Shown: positions 20,250 through 30,783 of the stretch, piece by piece
Layout of the letters: each line of letters begins with the position of its first letter
Position numbering within the stretch: the first letter of the stretch is position 1
Assembly: GCA_028283145.1 (NCBI GenBank)
Contig: JAPYNY010000012.1
Location: 11,672-75,671 of the forward strand
DNA from: Candidatus Hopanoidivorans cymbastelae
Lineage (GTDB): Bacteria; Actinomycetota; Acidimicrobiia; Acidimicrobiales; Hopanoidiivorantaceae
Length of the DNA: 64,000 nt
Direction of reading: 5' to 3'
Position numbers and translations under genes: made by a program
The notes under the pieces: model-generated
What the model was told of the DNA's origin: nothing
The model's database searches: none
Seen by the model: the letters and a program-made list of their open reading frames with translations, nothing else

Positions 20250-21203
20250 TTACGAAACATTTGAATTTGTAAAAGGCAGCGAGCATATTTGAGCTTCGGC
20301 GCCCGCGGCGGTAAACAACACGTCAGAGGGACTGACGGAGCGATGAGCCAGCACCAGACCGCTATATCCAAAACGGGGTGAACAAACCAGGCTTGTGAGC
20401 TGAGCTTGAGGCTTGGGCAGCTCTTGGACACCTTGGGGGTTTGAGCCGTATAGCTGTGAGCCGGCTTCACAAAAAATCTCGTCTGAGAAGTTCACGCCCA
20501 AAAGCCTCCTAGGAGCCCCGCTGCCACGAGAGTGCATTCGCTCGACCAACTCTTGGCCCACGTAGCAACCCTTGGTAAAGCTGACGGCTTCTTCCAAAAG
20601 GGCAGTGCCAATTTCAGATGGAATCGCCTCGGGCAGTATTTCTCGCCCCAACTGGGGGATGCCAGCTTCGACACGCAGAATGTCCAGCGCAGCTGGACTG
20701 CATTGGGGCATGTCAGCAGGTAGGGTCAGTTGCCGGCCTAAAAAATCAAAGCCTATGACATCGCCCCATTGAACTTGAGCTTTCAATATTTCAGGCTGGG
20801 TGCTTTCCGGCTGACAATCAGCAGGCAGCTTGGCTCCTCTATAGGAGTGCAAAACCCAGCTATCCTGTGAGATTTCGCATTTGACCCTCAGCAGAAAACG
20901 TTCCAGCCTTCTGTGGATGGCATCCCCCCAACCCGCTGGCACTTCCAACACAAAATGCTCGTCGGAGGCTCTGAAGATTCTGCCATAGGCCTCAACTTTG
21001 CCGGTGGGCTGGAGCAGAAAAGTCCAAACAGCTTCCCCAGGCTCAAGGCTGGCTATATCTTGTGAGAGTTGCCCATTCAAGTATTCCGAGGCATCCGGGC
21101 CCGCTATGTTGACCACATCTCGGCTCTGCCTCACGTAACCAGCTTGGTCACGCAAGATAGCGTAGTGCTGGTGAAGTTCAGCAATCTCTTGAGCAGACGT
21201 CAC
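20250..21203 (-). CDS. YgfZ/GcvT-family folate-binding protein
   Basis: GPDASEYLNGQLSQD and the signature SFTKGCYVGQE. Confidence 0.93.
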   Translation of the reverse strand: MTSAQEIAELHQHYAILRDQAGYVRQSRDVVNIAGPDASEYLNGQLSQDIASLEPGEAVWTFLLQPTGKVEAYGRIFRASDEHFVLEVPAGWGDAIHRRLERFLLRVKCEISQDSWVLHSYRGAKLPADCQPESTQPEILKAQVQWGDVIGFDFLGRQLTLPADMPQCSPAALDILRVEAGIPQLGREILPEAIPSEIGTALLEEAVSFTKGCYVGQELVERMHSRGSGAPRRLLGVNFSDEIFCEAGSQLYGSNPQGVQELPKPQAQLTSLVCSPRFGYSGLVLAHRSVSPSDVLFTAAGAEAQICSLPFTNSNVS

Positions 21204-22759
21204 CGCGACCTCCGCAGGGCAGACATCCGTCTGGCAGCTGGAACAGCTAGTAAAAGCGCTTTGGCCTTGTTACGGCACTCAAGCTCTTCGTCTTGAGGCA
21301 CGCTGTCGGCCACGATACCGGCACCTGCCTGGACGCTGGCTTGGTTGCCTCTGACAATCATGGTTCTGATGGTGATGGCGGCATCTATGTTGCCCGAAAG
21401 ATCGATGTAACCCACTGTGCCGGCGTAGGGGCCTCGGCTATGCTGTTCCAGAGAATCGATGATCTCCATAGCCCTGACTTTGGGCGCACCTGAAACCGTG
21501 CCGGCTGGGATTGTAGCCCGCAGTACATCCACGGCATTTTTGCCCTGCTGCAAATTTCCAGACACTTGGGAGGTCATGTGCATGACGTGGCTGTAGCGCT
21601 CCAGGGTCATCAACTCATCCAAGTGGAGCGTATTGAAATCAATGACTCGGCTGATGTCGTTGCGCGCCAGGTCGACCAGCATCACATGTTCGGCTTTTTC
21701 TTTGGGATGTTCCAGCAACTCTGCAGCCATGCGGGCATCATCCAAATCGGTGCGCCCCCTTCGGCGGGTGCCCGCAATCGGACGCGAGATGACCTTGCCA
21801 TCTGCAACTTGCACCAACGGCTCAGGGGATGAACCAATGATAAACGTCTCTGGATCAAGCTCGGGAAACGAAAAATAATACATATATGGACTGGGATTTA
21901 TTTGGCGCAGAACTCGATAGACATCCAGCGGCTGCGCATCCAGTTCAAAGTCAAAACGCTCAGACAGCACCACTTGAAAAATATCGCCTTCCAAGATGAA
22001 CTCCTTGGCCGCTTCCACCGCGGTGTGATACTGCTCAGGTGTAACTGAAGTCTGAGTCTGAGGCAGCCCAAGATCCAAATCAGGCGGTGCGAACAGGGGC
22101 TCATGGTGGGCTTGCGCCCCGCTCAGCGCAAAGGCATCCAGCTGTTGGACGTGGGCATCATAAAGTTGGTCGAGTTCGTCTTCCGACGCAGCCGGCGGAA
22201 TTAGCGCATTGCTGACAAGCGTGACGTTTTGCCTCCAATGGTCAAAAGCAGCTACCTCACCCACCAGCGAAAGGTATGAATCGGCAAGCTGGTAATGGTC
22301 TTGTGGGCGACTGGGCAGGTGTTCCACCTCGCGAACTATGTCATAACCCAAATAGCCCACCAAACCTGAACCAAAACTTGTCAACTCAGGGATTTGCGGA
22401 GCTCGTAGTTGAGACAGCAGCGCATCTAGGGCCACCAGCATGCCTTGGTCTGTTGGAATCGAAGCCAACACCGGGTGCAGCGATGGGCAGTTGTTGCCAG
22501 CAGCAGTTGGCTGGGGGGCTAACTCAACCTTCAAGCCGTGGGATTGCAAGATAGCCAGCGGACGTCGGCCCAAAAACGAATGGCGCCCCCAACGTTCGCC
22601 CCGCTCTACAGATTCCAGCAAAAACCCATGTTCAGCTTGAACAACCCTTTGGTAAGCTGCGACGGGAGTTGTCTGGTCGGCTAATAATTCCTGCCAAACG
22701 GGAACGACGGAATAGTCAGTCGCAAAGCTATGGAACTGTTCGCGACTGGGATGGATCAT
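21200..22759 (-). CDS. trpE: Anthranilate synthase component I
   Basis: [52 protein letters not shown]; start set at ATG 22759. Confidence 0.94.
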   Translation of the reverse strand: MIHPSREQFHSFATDYSVVPVWQELLADQTTPVAAYQRVVQAEHGFLLESVERGERWGRHSFLGRRPLAILQSHGLKVELAPQPTAAGNNCPSLHPVLASIPTDQGMLVALDALLSQLRAPQIPELTSFGSGLVGYLGYDIVREVEHLPSRPQDHYQLADSYLSLVGEVAAFDHWRQNVTLVSNALIPPAASEDELDQLYDAHVQQLDAFALSGAQAHHEPLFAPPDLDLGLPQTQTSVTPEQYHTAVEAAKEFILEGDIFQVVLSERFDFELDAQPLDVYRVLRQINPSPYMYYFSFPELDPETFIIGSSPEPLVQVADGKVISRPIAGTRRRGRTDLDDARMAAELLEHPKEKAEHVMLVDLARNDISRVIDFNTLHLDELMTLERYSHVMHMTSQVSGNLQQGKNAVDVLRATIPAGTVSGAPKVRAMEIIDSLEQHSRGPYAGTVGYIDLSGNIDAAITIRTMIVRGNQASVQAGAGIVADSVPQDEELECRNKAKALLLAVPAARRMSALRRSR

Positions 22760-23120
22760 CGTAGCTGGCTTTGATGTCAAAATTCCTGAAAAAACACGAC
22801 CGCTCACCTAAGTGGCAAGCCCCTTTGCCCGCTTGGTCAACTTTGAACAACAACGTGTCGCCGTCGCAGTCATAGAAGGCCTCCCTCAGATATTGTCGGT
22901 CGCCGGAGGTTTCACCTTTGCACCAGTACTGTTGCCTAGAACGGCTCCAATACCACATGCGCCCTGAGGTGAGCGTGCGGCGCAGGGCCTCTGGGTTCAT
23001 CCAGGCCATCATCAACACGATGCCCGTGTCGGCTTCTTGTACTATGGCAGGCACTAGGCCATCTGAGTTGTAGCTGATTGCCTGCAGTTGCTCAGGATTT
23101 AGAAACTCTTGGTCATCCAT
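22728..23120 (-). CDS. hisI: Phosphoribosyl-AMP cyclohydrolase
   Basis: [37 protein letters not shown]. Confidence 0.96.
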   Translation of the reverse strand: MDDQEFLNPEQLQAISYNSDGLVPAIVQEADTGIVLMMAWMNPEALRRTLTSGRMWYWSRSRQQYWCKGETSGDRQYLREAFYDCDGDTLLFKVDQAGKGACHLGERSCFFRNFDIKASYDDPSQSRTVP

Positions 23121-23241
23121 GATTCAATTGAAAATTTTTATTTACCCGGGGATTTGCTTTTTTCGGGCTTGGTGTTCGCTTAGGGCTTGGTATTCAGGTT
23201 AACTGCAGCTATGCAGTCTGCTGCCGTGCATCGCCGTGCCT

Positions 23242-24075
23242 CTATGCAAGCGGTGGCCTGACACGGATATTCAAGCTCAACAAGTGCTCCTTGGCCTGCG
23301 CTATGCTGAATTGCCCGTAGTGGAAAATGGATGCAGCCAAAACGGCCTGAGCACCCCCCAGCGTAACTGCTTCAGCTAAATGCTCCAGAGCACCGGCGCC
23401 TCCGCTGGCGATGGTCGGAATGTTGACTTTGGAAGTGATGCCCTGAGTCAGTGCAATGTCATAGCCGTCCTTGGTGCCGTCGGTATCCATTGATGTGAGC
23501 AGTATCTCCCCAGCACCTCTAGCTTCGGCTTCCTGTGCCCAAGCTATGGCATCCAAACCTGTTGGGGTGCGGCCGCCATGGGTGGTTACCTCAAAGAAAT
23601 CAGCTGGCATACTTGGCTTGGCATTTGCCCCAGTTGGCTTGGCTCGTCGTGCGTCTATCGCCACAACGGTGCATTGAGTGCCGAATTCAGCGGAGACTTC
23701 ATTGATCAACTCGGGACGCTCCACCGCAGCTGTATTCAAAGATACTTTATCGGCACCGGCCTTGAGCAAGCTGCGAGCATCTTCGACTGAACGTATGCCA
23801 CCGCCAACTGTGAAAGGAATATGAACTTCGTCGGCTGTTCGGCGCGCCAACTGCAAGATAGTATCCCTGGCTTCAGACGACGCGGTGATATCCAAAAAGA
23901 CCAGTTCGTCAGCTCCCTGAGCGCTGTAGAACTCAGCCAACTCCAGCGGGTCCCCAGCATCGCGCAATGACACGAAATTGGTGCCCTTGACCACCCTACC
24001 CTTATCCACGTCCAAACAGGGTATTATCCTCACAACCGTTGGGGAGTGCAGGTTTGCTGGGGGGTGTTGAGTCAT
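23242..24075 (-). CDS. hisF: Imidazole glycerol phosphate synthase cyclase subunit
   Basis: [44 protein letters not shown]. Confidence 0.96.
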   Translation of the reverse strand: MTQHPPANLHSPTVVRIIPCLDVDKGRVVKGTNFVSLRDAGDPLELAEFYSAQGADELVFLDITASSEARDTILQLARRTADEVHIPFTVGGGIRSVEDARSLLKAGADKVSLNTAAVERPELINEVSAEFGTQCTVVAIDARRAKPTGANAKPSMPADFFEVTTHGGRTPTGLDAIAWAQEAEARGAGEILLTSMDTDGTKDGYDIALTQGITSKVNIPTIASGGAGALEHLAEAVTLGGAQAVLAASIFHYGQFSIAQAKEHLLSLNIRVRPPLA

Positions 24076-24145
24076 TGAAGAGCACAAGTCTTTGGGGAGC
24101 ACTGAGTTGCTGCGTGGTGCTGGGGTTGTATGACAGAAGTTGATT

Positions 24146-24883
24146 TCATTTTGACAGCTTCAGGGCTTGCTGCAACTCAACTTTGCCTTCGTATAGAGCT
24201 TTACCGACAATGACCCCGCTGAGTGAGACGGTATCTGTGGTGGTGGAGTCCAACTTCAAGTCGGCAAGTTGGTGCAGGTGAGCCAAGGTGCCCACCCCGC
24301 CTGAAGCAATGACCGGCAGGCCAGTGGTTTCCAAGGCAGTGCGGTAGAGCAGCAAATTCGGCCCCGATAACATTCCATCTTGAGCTATATCGGTAATGAT
24401 GACCGCATCCAAAGGCACCTCCTCAAAATCCCGCAATAACTGGATGAAACCCACTGCGGTTGTCTGCTGCCAGCCATGAGTTGAGACTTTGCCTGAGCGC
24501 ACATCAAGCCCCAAAGCTACCGACATCCCAGCTGCCAACTCAACGACCAAATCTGGATTTTCAATAGCAGCGGTGCCCACCACGACTCGGTCAACGCCGA
24601 CGTCCGTCAATCTTTGAGCGGCTTGCTTGGAGCGCACTCCCCCGCCAACTTGGATATAGAGCTTAGTTTGAGCACAAATGGCTTCAATCACAGCTAGGTT
24701 TTTTAGCTGCCCAGTTTTGGCTGCGTCCAAGTCAACTATGTGCAGACAGTCAGCCCCCAACTCTTCAAAAACGACAGCCTGAGCTAGCGGAGAAGGGTTG
24801 TAAATGGTTTCCTGCTGGTAGTCGCCCTGAGCCAGACGCACGCAGCGACCGTCAAGAATGTCAATAGCCGGATAAATATCCAT
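24146..24883 (-). CDS. hisA: ProFAR isomerase (HisA/PriA)
   Basis: [46 protein letters not shown]. Confidence 0.95.
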   Translation of the reverse strand: MDIYPAIDILDGRCVRLAQGDYQQETIYNPSPLAQAVVFEELGADCLHIVDLDAAKTGQLKNLAVIEAICAQTKLYIQVGGGVRSKQAAQRLTDVGVDRVVVGTAAIENPDLVVELAAGMSVALGLDVRSGKVSTHGWQQTTAVGFIQLLRDFEEVPLDAVIITDIAQDGMLSGPNLLLYRTALETTGLPVIASGGVGTLAHLHQLADLKLDSTTTDTVSLSGVIVGKALYEGKVELQQALKLSK

Positions 24884-24904
24884 CGTCCAACAAGCGAATC
24901 GTGG

Positions 24905-25249
24905 CTAGCGCAGCGATTGGACGAAGTTTTGCAACAGCAGTTGGCCGTGCGGGCCTGACTTTTCTGGGTGGAACTGGGTGGCCCAGAGGTTGTCTTGCGC
25001 CACCGCAGCTGTAATGGCAGTCGGATAGTAGCAGACGGCAACCCGGTGCGTTTCATCGCTGGGAGCATAGGAGTGTACAAAATACATCCAGGCCCTGTCC
25101 AGTCCCTCAAGCATAGGAGTTGGCCGCACAACTTCAAGCTGGTTCCACTGCATATGAGGCAACTTGACGCCAGTCGGAAGATTGCTGGAGGATGTCTGGG
25201 TGCTGGTTTGGCCGGCAGGTTTGCCCTGGGTTTCAGAACCCTGGCTCAC
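24905..25249 (-). pseudogene. hisH: N-terminally deleted HisH; only the C-terminal half of the glutamine amidotransferase remains
   Basis: 114 aa with PHMQWN, YFVHSY, QFHPEKSG, but no DYGxGN, PGVG or GICxG(Cys) motifs, and no room for them between hisB and this ORF. Confidence 0.8.
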
Positions 25250-25851
25250 AAGAGCCCCTTAGTCGAGGGAAGCTGGCTGTCTTCTATCCGCACGGCATCA
25301 CGCAAAGCTCTGGCAACGCTTTTGAAGGATGACTCAATGATGTGGTGCGTATTGCGTCCGCGCACCAGCACGATATGCAAGCAAAGTGCCGCCGAAGTTG
25401 CAAAAGCCCGCCAAAACTCCTCCATGAGCTGCGGGTCAAACGGCGGGTCGCCTAGGATTTTCTCACCTGGAGGGTCAACCTCATAATGTAGAAAAGGGCG
25501 ACCTGATAAATCCAAGGACACCTCCACCAGAGCTTCATCCAGCGGTGCCCCAGCATTGCCAAAGCGTCGCACGCCGACCTTTTCCCCCAAGGCCTGGGCC
25601 AAGCTCTGCCCTAGCACGATGCCAACATCTTCCACCGTGTGATGCGCATCTATTTCGGTATCACCCTGGGCCTGAACAGACAAAGTCCAGCCGCAGTGTT
25701 TGCCCAGCTGATTGAGCATGTGATCAAAGAAAGGCAAACCAGTTTCAGCGGCAACTTGCCCCGGGTTGTCCAAGTCAATGGAGACGGCTACTTGAGTTTC
25801 CTTGGTAGTGCGTTCAATATCGGCACGACGAGAATTTGAGCTAACTGTCAT
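25246..25851 (-). CDS. hisB: Imidazoleglycerol-phosphate dehydratase
   Basis: RTTKET, FFDHML, DAHHTVEDVG, GRNTHHIIE, PSTKG. Confidence 0.97.
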   Translation of the reverse strand: MTVSSNSRRADIERTTKETQVAVSIDLDNPGQVAAETGLPFFDHMLNQLGKHCGWTLSVQAQGDTEIDAHHTVEDVGIVLGQSLAQALGEKVGVRRFGNAGAPLDEALVEVSLDLSGRPFLHYEVDPPGEKILGDPPFDPQLMEEFWRAFATSAALCLHIVLVRGRNTHHIIESSFKSVARALRDAVRIEDSQLPSTKGLL

Positions 25852-25861
25852 GATTTAATTT

Positions 25862-28264
25862 TTACAGCTGAAGTGCTTCTTCCAGTGCTTTCAGGAATAA
25901 GTTGTTCTCCTGCGGGGTGCCTATGGTAACCCGCAAACAGCCTTGCAGCCTGGGCCAAGCAGAGCAGTCCCTGACCAGCACTGACCGCTCCAGCAATTTG
26001 TCCCAGACTGAATCGGCAGTCTCAGGCTTGATCAGCACAAAGTTGGCTTCAGAAGGCCAGACTTTTACTCCCATCTGGGCTAGAGTTTCACAGACCCGCT
26101 CGCGTTCAGCCACGATAGACCGCACTCGCTGCTCCATATCGTCTTGAAAATCCAAAGCCAGCTTGCCAATAGTTTGAGTCATCTGGTTCAATCGGTATGG
26201 CAGAGCAACTTTTTCCAACTCAGCATTTATCCAGCTGGGGGCTATGAGATACCCTAGACGGGCTGCTGCCATCGCCCAGGTCTTGGAGTAGGTGCGGGTT
26301 ATAGCCATAGGAGCATTTTCACTGAATAGCTCCAAAGCGCTATGAGGCGAAAATTCCACATAGGCTTCGTCAACTACCAGCAGCGCTCCTGCTATACGTG
26401 AAAGCTCCAGCACCCTAGCTGTGACTTCAATGGGCTCAGACATACCGGTGGGATTATTGGGAGAGCAGAGAAATATCACGCTGGGGCGTTGTTCCAAGAT
26501 GAGTTGCTCCACTTGGTCTAGCGCCAAAGAGAAGTCCTGCCGGCGCTGTCCTTGGATGACAACACATCCCAAGCTTCGGGCAATGTGGTAGTGCAACATG
26601 TAGGTGGGCTGGAACACCAACACTTTCCGTCCCGCGGCGCCATAGCACATCAGCAGAGTCTGGATGACTTCGTTGGAACCATTGGCAACGAAAATTTGAG
26701 AGGCTGCCAGCTTGTGAATTCCAGCTAGCTTTTCGCGAAGACTTTGAGCATCGCGTTCCGGGTAAAGCTGCCAAGCGACCTCTGATGCGGCGCGGGATAC
26801 AGCTTCCTGAAAGGCTCGGGGCGGCGGAAATGGAGACTCGTTAGTGTTGAGTCGCGCGGCGACCTCAACTTGGGGTGAGTGGTAACGTTCCAGCCCCTCA
26901 ATATAGGAGCGGGGCGATACCATCTCGCCCAAGACTGGTTGGCTGGTCGCGTCTTGGCCGGCTGGTTGGGTAGATATTTCCCGCGTCAAAACTGCGTCTC
27001 TGTGGGCCAATAGACCTTCCTGGTGGGCTATGGTAGCCGCGGCGTCTGAAACAGCCGCAAAACCTTCCTCAGAAACAGCAATCGTATGAATAGTTTTTTG
27101 GAAATCACTCACCTGCAGACCACTGGCAAATCTGGCAGCGCCGCCTGTGGGCAACACGTGAGAAGGCCCGGCTATGTAATCGCCTAGCACGACCGAAGCC
27201 AACTGTCCGCAAAAAACCGCCCCGGCATTTTTTACCTTGGCGGCTAGTTTCGGCGCCTCGGTGCACATCAGCTGAAGATGCTCGGGGGCTATGGCATCAG
27301 ACAACTCTAGGGCTGCTGGCAAATCCTCCACCAGAACGGCAAAGCCCCCGGTTTTCAAGGTGGCCAGGATTTCAGCTTGGCGCGCGCTGGCATTGACTCT
27401 GGCTTCCAGTTCCAGGCAAATCTCATCCAAGACTTTCTCGGAGGCAGAAATCAACACGATACGTCCATCGGGCCCGTGTTCGGATTGGGTCAACAAGTCG
27501 GCTGCGGCATACTTTACATTGGTGGTCTCATCGGCTATCACCACTACCTCAGATGGGCCGGCATAGGGAGTAGCCACAGCAACTTGCCCGGCAACCTCAC
27601 GCTGCGCCAGCGAAACGTAGATATTGCCAGGCCCGGCTATGACATCCACTGGCGACAGGCTTTTTGTTCCATAAGCCATGGCAGCAATAGCGCCTGCTCC
27701 GCCCAAAGCATAGACCTCATCTACCTCTGCTATAGCTGCCGCAGCCAAAGTCACCGGCGGGATTTTCCCGTCTGGGCCAGGTGGTACACACATGACTATG
27801 CGTTCCACCCCAGCTACTCGGGCGACAATGGCGGTCATCAACACCGTTGACGGATATGAGGCTTTGCCTCCAGGCACATACAGCCCGGCTGCCTGGATTG
27901 GCTGAGTGCGTTGGGCAACAGCTATGCCAGCACGGCTATGTGTGTGGGCGCTGATGAGTTGAGATCGGTGGAAAGCCTCAATCCGTCCAGCTGCCTGACG
28001 CAGCGCCTTCAAAATATCAGGCGCCAGCTGCGTATGGGCCTGGGCTACCTCTTGGGGCGAAACGACAAAGCTGTCCAGCTTGACCTGGTCAAATCGCAGT
28101 GCCAGCTCCAGCAAAGCAAGATCGCCTCTAGCCCTGACGTCAGCAATGATCTCCCTGACGGCTTCAAGTTGGCGGTCTGACTTGGAGTGGTCTTGCGCTG
28201 GGGAAGCCAACGGGTAACTTTGGCTGACCTGGCTGGAGCCCCTGAAATCCAATCTTGTCAGCAT
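25862..28264 (-). CDS. hisD-hisC: Fused histidinol dehydrogenase / histidinol-phosphate aminotransferase
   Basis: HisD motifs YVPGG..YPST, GPGN.YV, AGPSE, APEHL, GPSHVLPT, then without a stop HisC motifs LNTNESP, NGSNE, SPNNPTG, DEAY, RTYSK. Confidence 0.93.
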   Translation of the reverse strand: MLTRLDFRGSSQVSQSYPLASPAQDHSKSDRQLEAVREIIADVRARGDLALLELALRFDQVKLDSFVVSPQEVAQAHTQLAPDILKALRQAAGRIEAFHRSQLISAHTHSRAGIAVAQRTQPIQAAGLYVPGGKASYPSTVLMTAIVARVAGVERIVMCVPPGPDGKIPPVTLAAAAIAEVDEVYALGGAGAIAAMAYGTKSLSPVDVIAGPGNIYVSLAQREVAGQVAVATPYAGPSEVVVIADETTNVKYAAADLLTQSEHGPDGRIVLISASEKVLDEICLELEARVNASARQAEILATLKTGGFAVLVEDLPAALELSDAIAPEHLQLMCTEAPKLAAKVKNAGAVFCGQLASVVLGDYIAGPSHVLPTGGAARFASGLQVSDFQKTIHTIAVSEEGFAAVSDAAATIAHQEGLLAHRDAVLTREISTQPAGQDATSQPVLGEMVSPRSYIEGLERYHSPQVEVAARLNTNESPFPPPRAFQEAVSRAASEVAWQLYPERDAQSLREKLAGIHKLAASQIFVANGSNEVIQTLLMCYGAAGRKVLVFQPTYMLHYHIARSLGCVVIQGQRRQDFSLALDQVEQLILEQRPSVIFLCSPNNPTGMSEPIEVTARVLELSRIAGALLVVDEAYVEFSPHSALELFSENAPMAITRTYSKTWAMAAARLGYLIAPSWINAELEKVALPYRLNQMTQTIGKLALDFQDDMEQRVRSIVAERERVCETLAQMGVKVWPSEANFVLIKPETADSVWDKLLERSVLVRDCSAWPRLQGCLRVTIGTPQENNLFLKALEEALQL

Positions 28265-28265
28265 G

Positions 28266-28943
28266 TCAGGAAGCAACTTTGGCTACTGGTTTCACAGTCT
28301 CAAACTCAAAGGCCGAAGGGCAAAAATCAACGCAAAGACAGTCGGAGCAACGCGGCTTGCGGGCACTGCAAACCTGGCGTCCATGATCTATCAGCAACAG
28401 GCTGAAGTCGCCACGCAAATCGGCTGGAATCATGGGGTTCAAAGCGAACTCAATCTTGACAGGGTCGGTCTCCTCTGTCAAACCCAGACGCCTAGACAGG
28501 CGGGTAACGTGCGTATCAACTGGCAAACCCGGCAAGCCCAAACCAACGCTTCGCACAACGTTGGCGGTCTTGCGCCCCACCCCGGCCAAGCCAGTCAGCT
28601 CCTTGTGTGAACTGGGAACTTGGCCGTTGTGATGTTCCACTAGACGTTGTGACATGGCCAGTAAATTACGGGTCTTAGCTTGATAAAAGCCGGTGGAGTG
28701 GATGATGGTTTCTACTTCCACTGGGTCGGCTTCGGCCAAAGCCGCCGGCGTCGGAAAACGTTTGAACAACTCAGGTGTAACCATATTGACACGTTTGTCG
28801 GTGCATTGGGCCGATAAGATTGTGGCAACCAACAATTCAAAAGCACTCTTGTGGTCTAGAGCGCACTTGACATCTGGGTATTCCTTTTGCAAACGAGCTA
28901 AGGTCTCCCGTGCTCTGCCTTTGGGACTTCTAGGTTTACCCAT
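28266..28943 (-). CDS. nth: Endonuclease III
   Basis: LLVATILSAQCTD, GVGRKTANVV, VDTHV, C-x6-C-x2-C-x5-C 4Fe-4S motif. Confidence 0.96.
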   Translation of the reverse strand: MGKPRSPKGRARETLARLQKEYPDVKCALDHKSAFELLVATILSAQCTDKRVNMVTPELFKRFPTPAALAEADPVEVETIIHSTGFYQAKTRNLLAMSQRLVEHHNGQVPSSHKELTGLAGVGRKTANVVRSVGLGLPGLPVDTHVTRLSRRLGLTEETDPVKIEFALNPMIPADLRGDFSLLLIDHGRQVCSARKPRCSDCLCVDFCPSAFEFETVKPVAKVAS

Positions 28944-28999
28944 AAAATTACCCTACTGAAAACAGCCAAGTCTTTAGATTATGTCACCTCAACAATAGG

Positions 29000-29695
29000 T
29001 TGGAATTGATGCCCATTCAAACAGAACCCCCAAGTCAAGAAATTGTCATTGCCGCAGACCGAAGAGACGCTTTGCGGGGCGAAGCTCTGGTGCAATTCCT
29101 ACAGCAGGAGTCGATCGAAGAAGTCTCACAAGTTTGGCTTGAAGCAGTGGAGACAGGTGACGACCAGCGACTCAGCGTATTCGGTCTAGCACCCCAACGT
29201 GACCTGTGGCAGCTTCGAGTGAATTTGCCGTGTGAGTTGCCTGAGATCTATTCGCCCGTAGAGGTAAGGCCGTTTCAAGCCAGCGACCAGCAGGCTTTTT
29301 TGGAGGTCAACCAGGCTGCATTTGCTTGGCATCCCGAACAGGGACACCTGGATGCCCAGCAATTTCACACCAGAACACAAGAGGCTTGGTATAACCCAGC
29401 GGGCTTTCTGATTTTGGAAATTGGCAACCAGCTGGCTGGTTTTTGCTGGACCAAAATCCACCGGGACAACGAAACTCCCCTAGGCGAGATCTATGCCATT
29501 GCCGTTGCCCCTGATTTCTCAGGACAACGCCTGGGCGCTCCCCTGACCCATGCAGGCTTGGACTTTTTAGCCAACTCAGGCATCCAAGTCGGGATGTTGT
29601 ATGTAGAAGCCGATAACGCTCCAGCACAAAAAATTTATCGCAAGCTTGGCTTTTGGCTGCATCAAGTTAATCGCGCCTATCGAAAGGGGCGTTGA
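29000..29695 (+). CDS. mshD: Mycothiol synthase MshD-like GNAT acetyltransferase (short N-terminal domain)
   Basis: NQAAFAWHPEQG, GFCWTKIH, GEIYAIAV, MLYVEADN. Confidence 0.8.
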   Translation: MELMPIQTEPPSQEIVIAADRRDALRGEALVQFLQQESIEEVSQVWLEAVETGDDQRLSVFGLAPQRDLWQLRVNLPCELPEIYSPVEVRPFQASDQQAFLEVNQAAFAWHPEQGHLDAQQFHTRTQEAWYNPAGFLILEIGNQLAGFCWTKIHRDNETPLGEIYAIAVAPDFSGQRLGAPLTHAGLDFLANSGIQVGMLYVEADNAPAQKIYRKLGFWLHQVNRAYRKGR

Positions 29696-29696
29696 G

Positions 29697-30044
29697 GTGG
29701 CACGTTTCCGTTTCTTCAATCGCACGCTGCCCCAGACGCTGCTGGTTGCTACTTACCTGCTCTACATCAATATTGTCTTTGACATCCTGTTTGGCCGCAT
29801 CAGACACCCGATTTCGGGCATTTTGACCCTGGCTTTCATAGTGGGCGTCTTGGGTATTGTCAATGAGCGCAGGTTTGGCTATATCACAGCTGTGGTGGCA
29901 GCCGGGGTGAACATGCTATGGGAGGCTTTGCTGGTGATTACCGTGGCTTTCTTGCTGGTTTTGAATTTGATTTTCGCCATAGCTCTGTTTGCCCTGCTGA
30001 TTCATCCTATGAGCCGGGATTATCAGCGGATCTGGTTTCATTGA
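29697..30044 (+). CDS. Small hypothetical membrane protein
   Basis: GTG 1 nt after the mshD stop; several hydrophobic segments; ends HPMSRDYQRIWFH. Confidence 0.75.
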   Translation: MARFRFFNRTLPQTLLVATYLLYINIVFDILFGRIRHPISGILTLAFIVGVLGIVNERRFGYITAVVAAGVNMLWEALLVITVAFLLVLNLIFAIALFALLIHPMSRDYQRIWFH

Positions 30045-30051
30045 GCCCATC

Positions 30052-30783
30052 ATGGCAGAGAGTGAATCCCAGGCAAAGCGCACCCGCAATGTGCGCCAGA
30101 TGTTCAACCAAATAGCGGTTCGTTATGACTTGTTGAACACTGTCGTCAGCTTGGGGCTTGATCGAGGCTGGCGTAAAAAAACCGCCAAGGAACTACAACT
30201 TGCCCCTGGCGGAGTTGTGTTGGATTTAGCTTGTGGCACTTCTCCCTTGGCTAAAGACTTGGATGCCGCTGGGCTGGCCACAGTCGGGCTTGACATTTCA
30301 GAGCAGATGATGCAGCAATCGCCGTCCGAGCTTCCCCATGTGCTAGGAGATTGCCTGTCTCTTCCCATCAGGGACAGATCAGTGGAGGGCATAGTTTGTG
30401 GATTTGCACTGCGGCACTTCATCTCTGTGGCGCCGTTGCTGGCCGAAGCCACACGGGTGCTTCAGCCTTACGGACGCATTGCTTTGCTGGAGTTGGACAT
30501 TCCCCGCTCGCCGTGGCTCAAGTTCGGTCACCGCATCTATTGTCATACGTTCATTCCCTTGGCCGGTTGGCTGCTGGCCGAAAAGTCAGCCTACAAGTAT
30601 TTGGCCGACTCTTTGACTATGCTGCCCCCGCACGAGCTTCTGGAACGTTGTCTCCAAGAAGCAGGCTTTGGAGATGTGCAGAGATTTTCCCTGAGTTTGG
30701 GCATAGCACAGCTGGTAACGGCCACCAAACTGAGCACCGCTAGCCCACAACTTGAGGCAGCCAAAGACCAGCCCCCAGCGTAA
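30052..30783 (+). CDS. menG: Demethylmenaquinone methyltransferase (UbiE/MenG family)
   Basis: MFNQIAVRYDLLN..SLGLDRGWR, VLDLACGT, GFALR, AYKYL. Confidence 0.88.
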   Translation: MAESESQAKRTRNVRQMFNQIAVRYDLLNTVVSLGLDRGWRKKTAKELQLAPGGVVLDLACGTSPLAKDLDAAGLATVGLDISEQMMQQSPSELPHVLGDCLSLPIRDRSVEGIVCGFALRHFISVAPLLAEATRVLQPYGRIALLELDIPRSPWLKFGHRIYCHTFIPLAGWLLAEKSAYKYLADSLTMLPPHELLERCLQEAGFGDVQRFSLSLGIAQLVTATKLSTASPQLEAAKDQPPA

